Shown here one piece after another: positions 32,740 through 42,408 of a DNA stretch of 64,000 nt. A model generated the notes under the pieces. That model was not told the DNA's origin and made no database searches. It saw only the letters and a program-made list of their open reading frames with translations. This stretch comes from an uncultured Actinomycetota bacterium (lineage in GTDB: Bacteria > Actinomycetota > UBA4738): the NCBI GenBank assembly GCA_963770955.1, contig CAVYRK010000001.1, positions 4,035 through 68,034 of the forward strand. Direction: 5' to 3'. Positions within the stretch are counted from its first letter, which is position 1. Every line of letters begins with the position of its first letter. The position numbers and the translations under genes were made by a program.

Positions 32740-33066
32740 CTATCCTCCGGCTCCCGACACGTGGTGCTGCAGTGCGGCACTGAGCAGGTACGGAGATCCC
32801 TGTGCGGACAGCTGCTCGTCGCGCCGCGTGTACGGCTGGACGAGAACATCGGGGCTGTCGGTGACCAGGGGCCTCGACCGAAGTCCCCACGAGTCCCAGC
32901 CCCAGCGCGCCGGTGACGACGACGAGTGTGATCCAGAGTGTCGCCGGCTGCTGTTCGGCGTCCGCCAGGATGAACATCAGGACGACGCCGAACAGCACCA
33001 GCGTCGCCAGGAACGTCAGCAGGATCCGTCGGAGGGTCGCGAGGTGGGACGCACCCCGGGATTCAC
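32740..33066 (-). pseudogene. Disrupted small membrane protein
   Basis: Hydrophobic stretch LRRILLTFLATLVLFGVVLMFIL...LWITLVVVTGALGLGLVG with frame breaks at both ends; boundaries approximate. Confidence 0.4.
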
Positions 33067-34283
33067 TCGAACGCTTTGAGCCCGGTCAGTGCCTCGCCGA
33101 GGATCAGCGTGTGCACCTCGCTGGTCCCCTCGTAGGTCAGCACCGACTCGAGGTTGTTCATGTGCCGGATGACCGGGTACTCCAGCGTGATCCCGTTGGC
33201 GCCCAGGATGGTTCGCGCCTCCCGTGCGATGCGGATGGCCTCTCGGACGTTGTTCAGCTTGCCGAGGCTCACCTGCTCGGGCCGGAGCCGGCCCTGTTCC
33301 TTCATCCGGCCGAGGTGCAGCGCGAGCAGCATCCCCTTGTTCAGCTCGACGAGCATGTTCGCGAGCTTCTCCTGCGTCAGCTGGAACCCGCCGATCGGCC
33401 GGCCGAACTGCACGCGCGTCTTCGCGTAGTCGAGCGCCGCCTCGAAGCACGCGCGCGCCGCGCCCATGGCGCCCCACACGATGCCGAAGCGCGCCTCGTT
33501 CAGGCACGACAGCGGCCCGCGGAGCCCGCGGACCTCGGCAGTACCGCGTCGCCGGGCAGCCGGACGTCCTTGAGGATCAGCTCGGACGTGACGGACGCGC
33601 GCAGCGACAGCTTCTTCGCGACGTCCTTGGTCGAGAACCCGGGCGCGTCGGTCGGGACGATGAACCCGCGGATGCCCTCGTCCGTCCGCGACCGCCCACA
33701 CGACGGCGACGTCGGCGATGCCGCCGTTCGTGATCCACATCTTCGCGCCGTTCAGCACCCAGTCGCCGCCGTCGCGCCGCGCCGACGTCCGCATCGAGCC
33801 CGGGTTGCTTCCCGAATCGGGCTCGGTCAGCCCGAAGCACCCGATCACCTCGCCGGTTGCCATGCGCGGCAGCCACTCCTGCTTCTGCTCCTCCGACCCG
33901 AACTTCCAGATGGGGAACATCGCGAGCGAGCCCTGGACGGAGATGAACGACCGGAACCCGCTGTCGCCGGCCTCCAGCTCCATGCAGGCGATGCCGTAGG
34001 ACGTCGGGTTCATGCCTGCGCAGCCGTAGCCCTTCAGGTGCATGCCGAGCAGCCCGAGCTCGCCCAGCCCGGCGGCGACCTCCCGCGGGAACTCGCCGCG
34101 CTCGAACCAGTCGCCGATGCCGGGCAGCACCCGATCTACGACGAACTCGCGGACGGTGTCCCGGACCATGCGTTCCTCGTCGGTGAGCAGCGCGTCGATG
34201 TCGAGGAAGTCGAGCGGCTTCAGCGGGGGACGCGCCGGGCGGTCGCCCGGGGGTTGGTCGGTCCGTTCCTCGGTGGTGGCCAT
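33063..34283 (-). CDS. gcdH: Acyl-CoA dehydrogenase, glutaryl-CoA dehydrogenase-like (frameshifts near 33690 and 33545)
   Basis: ELEAGDSGFRSFISVQGSL, CFGLTEPDSGS, NGAKMWITN, LGANGI, TYEGT. Confidence 0.8.
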   Translation of the reverse strand: MATTEERTDQPPGDRPARPPLKPLDFLDIDALLTDEERMVRDTVREFVVDRVLPGIGDWFERGEFPREVAAGLGELGLLGMHLKGYGCAGMNPTSYGIACMELEAGDSGFRSFISVQGSLAMFPIWKFGSEEQKQEWLPRMATGEVIGCFGLTEPDSGSNPGSMRTSARRDGGDWVLNGAKMWITNGGIADVAVVWAVADGRGHPRVHRPDRRARVLDQGRREEAVAARVRHVRADPQGRPAARRRGTAEVRGLRGPLSCLNEARFGIVWGAMGAARACFEAALDYAKTRVQFGRPIGGFQLTQEKLANMLVELNKGMLLALHLGRMKEQGRLRPEQVSLGKLNNVREAIRIAREARTILGANGITLEYPVIRHMNNLESVLTYEGTSEVHTLILGEALTGLKAFE

Positions 34284-34315
34284 CCGGGCATCACTCTACC
34301 GCCGCCCCGGGCGCG

Positions 34316-34321
34316 TATACT
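34316..34321 (+). promoter_or_regulatory. Candidate sigmaA -10 box for the leader/RIO transcript
   Basis: TATACT about 50 nt upstream of the leader ATG. Confidence 0.5.
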
Positions 34322-34369
34322 TCCCGTGCACGACGATCCATCGGACACGCGGAAGGGAGGGATGTGACC

Positions 34370-34429
34370 ATGGCGGAGACCTTCGACCCGGCATACAGAC
34401 GGCCACGTCCCTCGGCGGTGACCGGCTAG
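34370..34429 (+). CDS. Putative 19-aa leader peptide MAETFDPAYRRPRPSAVTG
   Basis: GGAGG at 34356-34360, 9 nt before the ATG; followed by an intrinsic terminator ahead of the RIO kinase. Confidence 0.65.
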   Translation: MAETFDPAYRRPRPSAVTG

Positions 34430-34450
34430 CGCGCGGCTGCTTGCCGCTCG

Positions 34451-34485
34451 CGGCCGCCCCCCAAGGGGGCGGCCGTTTTTCGTTT
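34451..34485 (+). terminator. Intrinsic terminator in the RIO kinase 5' leader (attenuator)
   Basis: Perfect 11-bp stem CGGCCGCCCCC-CAA-GGGGGCGGCCG followed by TTTTTCGTTT. Confidence 0.8.
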
Positions 34486-34519
34486 CCGTCACCGCTCCGC
34501 GAACAGAAAGGCACCTGCG

Positions 34520-35287
34520 TTGTCCGACCACCTGTACGACGACATGGACGTCCGCGACTCACCCGAGCGCGAGTCGTTCGAGCACTACTACGGCGAAGGG
34601 CTGGTCACCGACCTCGTCGCGCCCGTGAAGAGCGGGAAGGAGGCCAGCGTGTTCCTGTGCCGCGCGAACCCGGAGATCGCAGGGTCGAGCCTGCTCGCCC
34701 TGAAGCAGTACCGGCCGCGCGACCACCGCACGTTCAAGAACGACCACGTGTACAAGGCCGGCCGCGTCCTGAAGGAGCCGCGCGACCGCAACGCCGTCCG
34801 GAAGAAGACCGCCTACGGGCGCTCGTTCGAGCAGGCGTGGTGGACCGAGCACGAGTGGGAGGTCCTGCGCGCGCTGCACGAGGCCGGGGGCGACGTCCCG
34901 CGGCCGGTCGCGCGCACCGAGTCGTCGATCCTGATGGAGTACGTCGGCGACGAGGTGTCGCCGGCGCCGCAGCTCCGCCACGTGGGCCTGTCGCCCGAGG
35001 ATGCGCATGTCATCCTCGACCGGTTGCTGTGGAACGTGGAGCTGTTTCTCGGCCACAACTGGATCCACGCAGACCTGTCGGCGTTCAACGTCCTGTGGTG
35101 GGAGGGCAGGGCCACCGTCATCGACCTCCCGCAGGCGGTCGACCCGCGGTCGAACCCGCACGCGCACGAGCTGCTCGCCCGCGACGTGAAGAACGTCTGC
35201 GACCACTTCGCGAAGTTGGGCGTGCGCCGCGACGCCGACGAGATCAGCCGGGGCCTGTGGATGGCGTTCATGTTCGCCGAGCTGTGA
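34520..35287 (+). CDS. RIO1-family atypical kinase/ATPase
   Basis: KSGKEASV, ALKQY, ILMEYVG, IHADLSAFNVL, VIDLPQAV; TTG start preceded by GAAAGG. Confidence 0.92.
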   Translation: MSDHLYDDMDVRDSPERESFEHYYGEGLVTDLVAPVKSGKEASVFLCRANPEIAGSSLLALKQYRPRDHRTFKNDHVYKAGRVLKEPRDRNAVRKKTAYGRSFEQAWWTEHEWEVLRALHEAGGDVPRPVARTESSILMEYVGDEVSPAPQLRHVGLSPEDAHVILDRLLWNVELFLGHNWIHADLSAFNVLWWEGRATVIDLPQAVDPRSNPHAHELLARDVKNVCDHFAKLGVRRDADEISRGLWMAFMFAEL

Positions 35288-35307
35288 GGAAGTAGGCTCG
35301 GGCGGAG

Positions 35308-36117
35308 GTGGATGAGACCGTCGACGACACGGGAGTGCGGCGAGCCAGCTTCGGGCAGGAGGGCGGCGAGCTCTCCTACGGCTCGTACCTGCGCGTGCCC
35401 GAGCTCCTGTCGCTCCAGTCCCTGCTGTCCGATCCGCCTGCCCACGACGAGCTGCTGTTCATCGTGGTCCATCAGGCCTACGAGCTGTGGTTCAAGGTGA
35501 TGTTGTTCGAGCTGGAGTCGGTGCGCGACCGCCTGTCCGGCGGCGACGCGGCGGGCGCCCGGCACAGCCTGGCGCGCGTCCACGCGGTCGAGCGGGTGAT
35601 GATCGAGCACATCGGCGTCATCGAGACGATGACGCCGCAGGACTTCCTGGTCTTCCGCTCGAACCTGGCGCCGGGCAGCGGGTTCCAGTCCGTGCAGTTC
35701 CGCGAGATCGAGGCGGTGTCGGGGCTGAAGGAGCCGGGCGTCGCGACGCACATGGCGCCGACCGATGACGAGCGGGCCCGGCTCGAGCGGCGGTGGTCGG
35801 AGTCGACGGTGTGGGACGCGTTCTGCGCCCTCCTGGAGTCGCAGGGGTACCCCATGCCGGCCGGGGACGAGGCCGCGCGCCGCGAGAGCCTGCTGTCGAT
35901 GGCCCGGTCCGACGATCCGGCGCTGTTCTACCTGTCCGAGGAGCTGCTGACGCACGACGAGCTGTTCGCCCGGTGGCGCTACCACCACGTCCTGATGGTG
36001 GAGCGGGAGATCGGGTCCAAGTCGGGGACCGGCGGATCGAGCGGCGCCTCGTATCTGCGCACGACGCTCGACAAACGCTTCTACCCGGAGCTCTGGGCCC
36101 TCCGCAGCTATCTGTAG
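35308..36117 (+). CDS. kynA: Tryptophan 2,3-dioxygenase
   Basis: YGSYL, HDELLFIVVHQAYELWFK, SGFQSVQFR, WRYHH, GTGGSSGASYL. Confidence 0.92.
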   Translation: MDETVDDTGVRRASFGQEGGELSYGSYLRVPELLSLQSLLSDPPAHDELLFIVVHQAYELWFKVMLFELESVRDRLSGGDAAGARHSLARVHAVERVMIEHIGVIETMTPQDFLVFRSNLAPGSGFQSVQFREIEAVSGLKEPGVATHMAPTDDERARLERRWSESTVWDAFCALLESQGYPMPAGDEAARRESLLSMARSDDPALFYLSEELLTHDELFARWRYHHVLMVEREIGSKSGTGGSSGASYLRTTLDKRFYPELWALRSYL

Positions 36118-36183
36118 AGGGTCCTTGATCCGGGCGCGCAGCGCGCCACGATAGAGGTTCACGATTCCCTGGAGGACTCCGGC

Positions 36184-36825
36184 ATGCGTTCACTCGAGTT
36201 CGAGCGGTTCGCCGCGCAGGCGGCCAGGTGCGTTGCGGTCATCGGCTTCCTCTATACGGCGCTGTTCGTGGTCGTGGTGGAGAACGGCGCCCGGTGGGCG
36301 GCGATCCTCACCTCGATCCTGCTGCTCGGCGCGGCCCTGCTGTCCAGCGTGGTGTTCATCGCGCTCTACGGACGCCTGCATCTGATCGACCCGCTGATCA
36401 GCCTGTGGGTGACGCTGCTCGGGTTCGCCGCCGCCATCGGCTCCGCGATGCACGGCGGCTACGACCTCGGCATCCTGATCAAGACGCCGGAGGCCTACAG
36501 CACGGACCTCGCCAACTTCACCGACCCGCGGGGCCTTGCCACGTTCGGACTCGCCGGCCTGGCGATCCTGCTGTTCTCCTGGCTGATGGCGCGGACCGTC
36601 GAGTTCCCGGAGACCCTCATCCGGATCGGGTACGGGGCGGCCATCCTCCTGGGGCTCGTGTACCTGGGGCGACTGGTCTTCCTGGATCCGAAGAACCCCT
36701 TCATCGCCATCGCGGCCGTCCTCGCCGGGTTCGTGTTCATGCCCGCGTGGTACGCGTGGGTGGGTGCCATCCTGCAGCACGGCGCGACCTCGACCGGAAC
36801 GGGCACCGCCCCTCCCGTGCTCTGA
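36184..36825 (+). CDS. Membrane protein of unknown function (about 6 TM)
   Basis: Hydrophobic segments, HGGYDL and DPRGLATFG motifs; GGAGG upstream. Confidence 0.75.
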   Translation: MRSLEFERFAAQAARCVAVIGFLYTALFVVVVENGARWAAILTSILLLGAALLSSVVFIALYGRLHLIDPLISLWVTLLGFAAAIGSAMHGGYDLGILIKTPEAYSTDLANFTDPRGLATFGLAGLAILLFSWLMARTVEFPETLIRIGYGAAILLGLVYLGRLVFLDPKNPFIAIAAVLAGFVFMPAWYAWVGAILQHGATSTGTGTAPPVL

Positions 36826-36919
36826 GCCGCCTCCGCGCCCCGTTCGCGGGCCGGATCGTTTCGTCCCGTTCTGTGGGCGTCCGGTCAATCCCGCCCCGGG
36901 GAGCGCCGATGCTTCTGCG

Positions 36920-39415
36920 GTGAACCCCTACGCCATCGGTGATCCGGATCCGGCACAGGACCCCCACGAGGGAGCGCCTCCACCGGCTGTGTCGTCCTCC
37001 GGACCCGTCCTGAAGGCCGTCGCATTCGCCGCCGAGCGGTTCCTGGCGGCCGACTGGCGCGACTGCATCGACGAGGTCCTCGCTTCGCTCGGCGAGGCAG
37101 CCGGGGCCGACCGCGTCCTGCTGTTCGAAAACGAGCGCGAGCTCGAGCACAGCGTGCCGACGTCGATGGTCCCCGCCGCCGAATGGGCCGCGCCCGGCGT
37201 GCAGCCGGTGACCGGGCAGCCCGACATGAACGGACATCCGTACGAGGGACACGAGCGTTGGATCGCGGCGATGTCTGCCGGCGAGATCGTCCTGGAGCGA
37301 AGCGACGAGCCGGCCGATCACGAGTGTCCGTGTCTGGCGCAGGCGGGTACGCGATCCGCCGCGCTGGTCCCCGTGATGTCCGGCGCCGAGTGGTGGGGGT
37401 TCGTCGCGTTCAACGACTGCACGGCCGAGCGCGAGTGGGACCCGGAGGTCGTCGACGCGTTGCGCACCGCGGCCGCCCTGGTCGGCGCCGCCGTCCAGCG
37501 CGGCCGCACGGAGGGACGGCTGCGCGACGCGGAGGACAAGTTCCGCACCCTGGTGGAGCACGTCCCCGCCGTCATCTACGTGGACCGCGCCGACACGGTC
37601 GCCACGTCCCTGTACCTCTCGCCGCAGATCGACCAGCTGGTCGGAACGACGCGCGAGCAGCACATGAACGACCCGGAGCTGTGGCTCAAGATGATCGACC
37701 CCATCGACCGCGAACGGTGGCTCACCGAGTCGCGGCGCGTGATGGAGAACGACGAGGAGGAGTTCGCGCTCGAGTACCGCATCCGCGCGGCGGACGGCCG
37801 GCAGGTGTGGGTGCGCGACCGTGCCGCGCTCGTGCGCGACGAACAGGGCCGGCCCCACTCGTGGCGTGGCGTCATTCTGGACATCACCGAGCAGAAGCGC
37901 GTCGAGCAGGCGCTGGCCGAGAGCGAGGAGCGCTACCGCCGGCTGATCGAGGCGTCGCCCGACGCGGTGGTCGTCTACAGCGACTTCCAGATGGTCTTCG
38001 CCAACGACGCCGCCGCCCGCCTGGTCGGCGCGCCGGACAAGGACGCGCTGATCGGCAAGTCGATGCTGTTCGCGATCCACCCGGACGACCGGGAGACCGT
38101 TCGCCGGCGGGCGCAGGCCGGCCAGGAGCAGGGCATCTCGGCGCCGCCACAGGTGGTGAAGTTCGTCAGGCTCGACGGGGAGGTGATCGACGTCGAGATC
38201 TCCGACATCGCCATCACGTACGGAGGCCGCCCGGCCGTGCTGGGCGTCGCGCGGAACGTCACCGAGCGCCGCCGGACGGACGAGGCACTCCGCGAGGCGG
38301 AGCAGAAGTTCCGCACGCTGGTCGAGCAGCTCCCCGCGATCGTCTACATGGCCGAGTTCGATCCCTCGGGCGCGTGGATGTACGTCAGCCCGCGCATCCA
38401 CGACATCCTCGGGTACACGGCCGACGAGTGGGCGGCCGACCCCAGTCTGTTCGACCAGCGGATCCATCCCGAGGACGAGCCCGCGTACCGCGACGTCGAA
38501 CGCCGAAGCGGCGAGTCGGGCGAGCCGCTCACCGCCGAGTACCGGATGTTCGCGCGCGACGGGTCGATCGTCTGGTTCCAGGACCAGGCGGTGGTGGTTC
38601 GCGACCCGGACGGCCGGGCGCTCTACCACCAGGGAATCATGTACGACGTCACGGAGTCGAAGCGCGCGCAGGAGGTCCTGGAGAGCGGCCTCGAGCGCGA
38701 GCAGGAGGCGACCGAACGGCTCCGTGCCCTGGAAGATCTGCGCAACCGGTTCCTGACCGCCGTCGCGGGCGAGCTGCGGACGCCGCTGACCGCGGTGCTC
38801 GGGTACGCGCTCACCATGGCGCGCCCCGACATGGAGATGTCCTCCGAGGACCGCGCCGACATCTCGGCACGGCTGGCCGCCAGCGCGCGGCGCCTCGAGA
38901 GCCTGATGGAGGACCTGCTCGACGTGGACCGGATGGCGCGCGGCGTGCTGGAGGCGTCGCTGACGCCGGTGAACCTGGGCGACCTCTGCCGGCAGGTGGC
39001 GTCCGAGGTGGACCTCGGTGGCCGGGAGGTCACGGTCGAGGCCGGCGCGACCGTCGTGCGCGTGGACGGCGCCAAGGTCGAGCGGATCCTCGAGAGCCTG
39101 CTGGCCAACGTGGCCCGGCACACCCCGGCCGGAACGCACGCGTGGGTGCGGCTGGAATCCGTTCCCGAGGGGGTCGTGCTCTGCGTCGACGACGACGGGC
39201 CGGGCGTCCCCGACGAGGTGAAGCACGAGATCTTCCAGCCGTTCCGGCAGGCCCCGGGGCACCTCGTTCCATCCTCGGGAACCGGAATCGGCCTGGCGCT
39301 GGTGTCGGGGTTCGCAGACCTGCACGGCGGACGCGCCTGGGTCGAGGACCGGCCGGGGGGCGGCGCCTCGTTCCGCGTCCTCCTTCCCGAGGAGCGTCAG
39401 GCCCGGGCGTCGTAG
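36920..39415 (+). CDS. Cytoplasmic GAF + 3xPAS sensor histidine kinase-like protein lacking the phospho-acceptor His
   Basis: PAS units (FRTLVE..IDP/IHP.D..EYR..WVRD); H-box reads AVAGELRTPL; G1 DDGPGVP, IFQPF and G2 GTGIGL. Confidence 0.88.
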   Translation: MNPYAIGDPDPAQDPHEGAPPPAVSSSGPVLKAVAFAAERFLAADWRDCIDEVLASLGEAAGADRVLLFENERELEHSVPTSMVPAAEWAAPGVQPVTGQPDMNGHPYEGHERWIAAMSAGEIVLERSDEPADHECPCLAQAGTRSAALVPVMSGAEWWGFVAFNDCTAEREWDPEVVDALRTAAALVGAAVQRGRTEGRLRDAEDKFRTLVEHVPAVIYVDRADTVATSLYLSPQIDQLVGTTREQHMNDPELWLKMIDPIDRERWLTESRRVMENDEEEFALEYRIRAADGRQVWVRDRAALVRDEQGRPHSWRGVILDITEQKRVEQALAESEERYRRLIEASPDAVVVYSDFQMVFANDAAARLVGAPDKDALIGKSMLFAIHPDDRETVRRRAQAGQEQGISAPPQVVKFVRLDGEVIDVEISDIAITYGGRPAVLGVARNVTERRRTDEALREAEQKFRTLVEQLPAIVYMAEFDPSGAWMYVSPRIHDILGYTADEWAADPSLFDQRIHPEDEPAYRDVERRSGESGEPLTAEYRMFARDGSIVWFQDQAVVVRDPDGRALYHQGIMYDVTESKRAQEVLESGLEREQEATERLRALEDLRNRFLTAVAGELRTPLTAVLGYALTMARPDMEMSSEDRADISARLAASARRLESLMEDLLDVDRMARGVLEASLTPVNLGDLCRQVASEVDLGGREVTVEAGATVVRVDGAKVERILESLLANVARHTPAGTHAWVRLESVPEGVVLCVDDDGPGVPDEVKHEIFQPFRQAPGHLVPSSGTGIGLALVSGFADLHGGRAWVEDRPGGGASFRVLLPEERQARAS

Positions 39416-41004
39416 CCGAGCGTCGCCCGCAACGCCCGCTTGTCGAACTTCCCGACGCCCGTCTTCGGGAGCTCGTCCACGAACACGATGTCGTCGGGCA
39501 GCCACCACTTCGCGAACCGCGGCGCGATGAACGCGAGCAGCTCCTCCGCGTCGGCGGACGAGCCGGGCTGGAGCACGACGCAGGCCACCGGCCGCTCCTG
39601 CCAGCGCCGGTCCGGAACGCCGACGACCGCCGCTTCGCGAACGGCCGGATGGTCCATCAGCGCCGCCTCGAGATCGATCGTGGAGATCCACTCGCCGCCG
39701 GACTTCACCAGGTCCTTGGTCCGGTCGGTGATCCGCATCGAGCCGTGCGCGTCGACGGTCGCCACGTCGCCGGTCCGGAGCCAGCCGTCGACGAGCAGCG
39801 CCTCGTCTTCCGCGTCGACGTAGGACGCCGCGACCCAGTTGCCGCGCACCTGCACTTCGCCCATCGTCGCGTCGTCCCCGGGTACCTCCGCCCCAGACGG
39901 GTCCACGACCCGGATGCGGATGCCCGGCACGGGGCGGCCGGCCCGCGCCATCGCCGTCCATCGCGCATCCCCCTGCAGCCCCGACGTCTCGTGGTCGGGG
40001 GCCGCCAGCGCGGCGAGCGGGCTCGTCTCGGTCATGCCCCAGCCCTGCAGGATGCGGACGCCGTGCCGTTCCGCATACGCCTCGACCAGCGACGGGGGAA
40101 CGGCGGCCCCGCCGGTCTTGACGAGCCGAAGGGACGAGACGTCGTGGTGGTGCTCGTCCAGGTGATGCAGGAAGTCGATCCAGACGGTGGGAACCCCTGC
40201 CGCGACGGTCACCCCCTCTCGTTCGATGAGCTCCGCCATGTCGTGCGGGTCGGCGCCGAAGCGGCCCATGAACACCTGCCCGGCCCCCGCCAGCGTGGCG
40301 GCGTGCGGGAAGCCCCACCCGTTCGCGTGGAACATCGGAACGACGGGGAGGACGACGTCCCGCGAGGTCAGTCCCAGCACTTCGGCCAAGTTGTTCATCA
40401 CCGCGTGCAGCACGAGCGCCCGGTGCGAGTACAGCACGCCCTTCGGACGCCCGGTCGTTCCCGACGTGTAGCAGAGCTGGCACGCGTCGCGCTCGTCCAG
40501 CTCGGGCCATACGAGGTCCTCCGAGCCGGCGGCGAGCATCGCGTCGTAGTCGAGTGCGCCCGGAAGCTCCGCCTCCACGTCTCCCGGCATCAGCACGGGC
40601 CGCAACGAGGGCGACGCGGCGGCGACGGGCGCGAAGCCCCGCGCGAGCGCCGCGTCCACGAACGCCAGCCGCGCGCCGCCGCGTCGGGCGATGTCGGCGA
40701 CCTGGTCCCGATGCAGACGCGGGTTGATGGTGTGCAGCACCGCGCCCATGCACGGGACGGCGAAGTACAGCTCCAGGTGGCGCCAGGAGTTCCAGGCGTA
40801 CGTCGCGACCCGGTCGCCCGGGCCCACGCCGTGCGCGCGCAGTGCCGACGCGACCCGGCGGACGCGCGCGCCGAACTCGGCATACGTCTCCGTGTGGAGC
40901 GCGCCGGCGACTCGGGTGACGATCCGCCCGCTCGGGTGCAGGCGTTCGGCACGGTCGAGGATCCCGGTCAGGGTCAGCTGCTCGTGCTGCATCAGGCCGT
41001 GCAT
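39397..41004 (-). CDS. Fatty acid--CoA ligase (AlkK/DmdB-like)
   Basis: YTSGTTGRPKG, PMFHANGWG, GWGMTE, GWLRTGD, KSGGEWIS, PKTGVGK. Confidence 0.92.
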   Translation of the reverse strand: MHGLMQHEQLTLTGILDRAERLHPSGRIVTRVAGALHTETYAEFGARVRRVASALRAHGVGPGDRVATYAWNSWRHLELYFAVPCMGAVLHTINPRLHRDQVADIARRGGARLAFVDAALARGFAPVAAASPSLRPVLMPGDVEAELPGALDYDAMLAAGSEDLVWPELDERDACQLCYTSGTTGRPKGVLYSHRALVLHAVMNNLAEVLGLTSRDVVLPVVPMFHANGWGFPHAATLAGAGQVFMGRFGADPHDMAELIEREGVTVAAGVPTVWIDFLHHLDEHHHDVSSLRLVKTGGAAVPPSLVEAYAERHGVRILQGWGMTETSPLAALAAPDHETSGLQGDARWTAMARAGRPVPGIRIRVVDPSGAEVPGDDATMGEVQVRGNWVAASYVDAEDEALLVDGWLRTGDVATVDAHGSMRITDRTKDLVKSGGEWISTIDLEAALMDHPAVREAAVVGVPDRRWQERPVACVVLQPGSSADAEELLAFIAPRFAKWWLPDDIVFVDELPKTGVGKFDKRALRATLGYDARA

Positions 41005-41100
41005 CGGCCGGATTGTACGTTGGCGGGTCGTCCCGAACGGCCGTCCCAGGGCCCTCGACGGCCGGCTCAAGGGCAGGCGCCGGCGGCCGAAGGGTTACGT

Positions 41101-42313
41101 ATGACCGACCGCCTGGAGGAACTGGACTCGGTCCGTGGCCTGGCCGCCGCCACCGTGGTCCTGTCGCACACGACGATCGTGCTGCCCGCGATCGCGGCAG
41201 GGGCCGGCGTCGCCACGGGACTGACGGCCGCCCTGAAGTACTCGCCGGCGCACGTCCTGTTCGCCGGCCACGAGGCCGTCATCACGTTCTTCATCCTGAG
41301 CGGGTTCGTGCTGTCGCTGCCGTACCATGCGGGCCGCGCTCCCGGATACGGACCCTTCCTGGTCAAGCGCGTCTTCCGGATCTGGGTCCCGTACGTGTGC
41401 GCCGTCCTCGTCGGTCTCCTGGCCATGTCGTGGCTCGCGCGGCCGGCGCTTCCCGGGCTCTCGGACTGGGCGAACGGCGCCTGGCGGGTTCCCCTCACGC
41501 CCGGACTCCTGCTCGGCCACCTGTCTCTGGTCGGGAGCTTCCCGAACGGATCCGTCGACCCCGTCATCTGGTCGCTCGTGCACGAGATGCGGATCTCGCT
41601 CGTGTTCCCGCTCCTGATGATCGCGGTGCTCCGGTTCGACTGGCGCGTGAGCCTCGGAGCCGCGGCCGGACTCGCCTGCGTGGGCGCCGTCGCGACCGCC
41701 GTCCTGGCACGAGCGAGCATCGGCGTCGACTACTTCGCCACGCTGGAGTACGTGCCCATGTTCGTCGTCGGGGCGCTCCTGGCGGCGCGCCGGGAGCGCA
41801 TCCGCGACTGGTGGAGCGACCTGCCCCGGGGCATCCGCATCGCCTGGCTGCCGGCGGCGGTGAGCCTGTACACGATCAAGTGGTGGGCGTTTCACGGGAA
41901 CGTCGGCGTTCCCGAGCGACTGGGTCGTCGCGGCGGGAGCAACGATGCTGATCGTTCCGGCGTTCGCCGCGCCACGGGCCCGGGCCGCGCTGCGGACGCG
42001 TCCGCTGCTGTTCCTGGGCAGGGTCTCCTACAGCCTCTACCTTCTGCACGCGTTGGTGCTGCTGGCGCTGCTCAATCTCCTGTACGGCCGGGTCCCGCTG
42101 CCGATCATCCTGGTGGCCGCGCCGCTGCTGTCCATCGGGGTGGCGGCGCTGGGCTACCGTCTGGTGGAGGCGCCGGCCATGGCACGAGGGCGGCGGGTCG
42201 CCTCCCGTCTTCGCACGCGTCGCCGCCCGGCACGTGCGGCCCACGAGACGGTCCGGACGCCCGCCGAGCGCGCGGCGGGCCGCGACGAGCAGCAGGTCCG
42301 TCTCCCGGCGTAA
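41101..42313 (+). CDS. Acyltransferase_3 (OafA-like) membrane O-acyltransferase, frameshift near 41910
   Basis: LDSVRGLAA..VVLSH, FFILSGFVL, KRVFRI, WSLVHE, LGRVSYSLYLLH, VEAP. Confidence 0.88.
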
Positions 42314-42408
42314 CCGGCGGCCCCGATCCGCGTCGGGGTCGAATTGGGTGACGCTTTCAGGGACATCCCCGATGTCGGGGTGACGCGGTCCTCCGTACGC
42401 TCACGTCC

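Noticed and set aside
34362-34367. ATG-TGA start-stop minigene after the leader SD
   Set aside because: Only 1 nt from GGAGG; the ATG at 34370 has proper spacing.
37183-42351. Very long alternative-frame or antisense ORFs (1722 aa, 1338 aa; also 6364..9075, 55964..59095, 59728..62505)
   Set aside because: Arg/Pro/Gly/Ala-rich shadows of real genes in high-GC DNA, without motifs except where they run into a real gene.
42362-42382. Overlapping short palindromes (GACATC-CCC-GATGTC; CCCCGA-TG-TCGGGG) upstream of the ABC-2 operon
   Set aside because: Short, GC-rich, single occurrence and no adjacent regulator; not distinguishable from chance.
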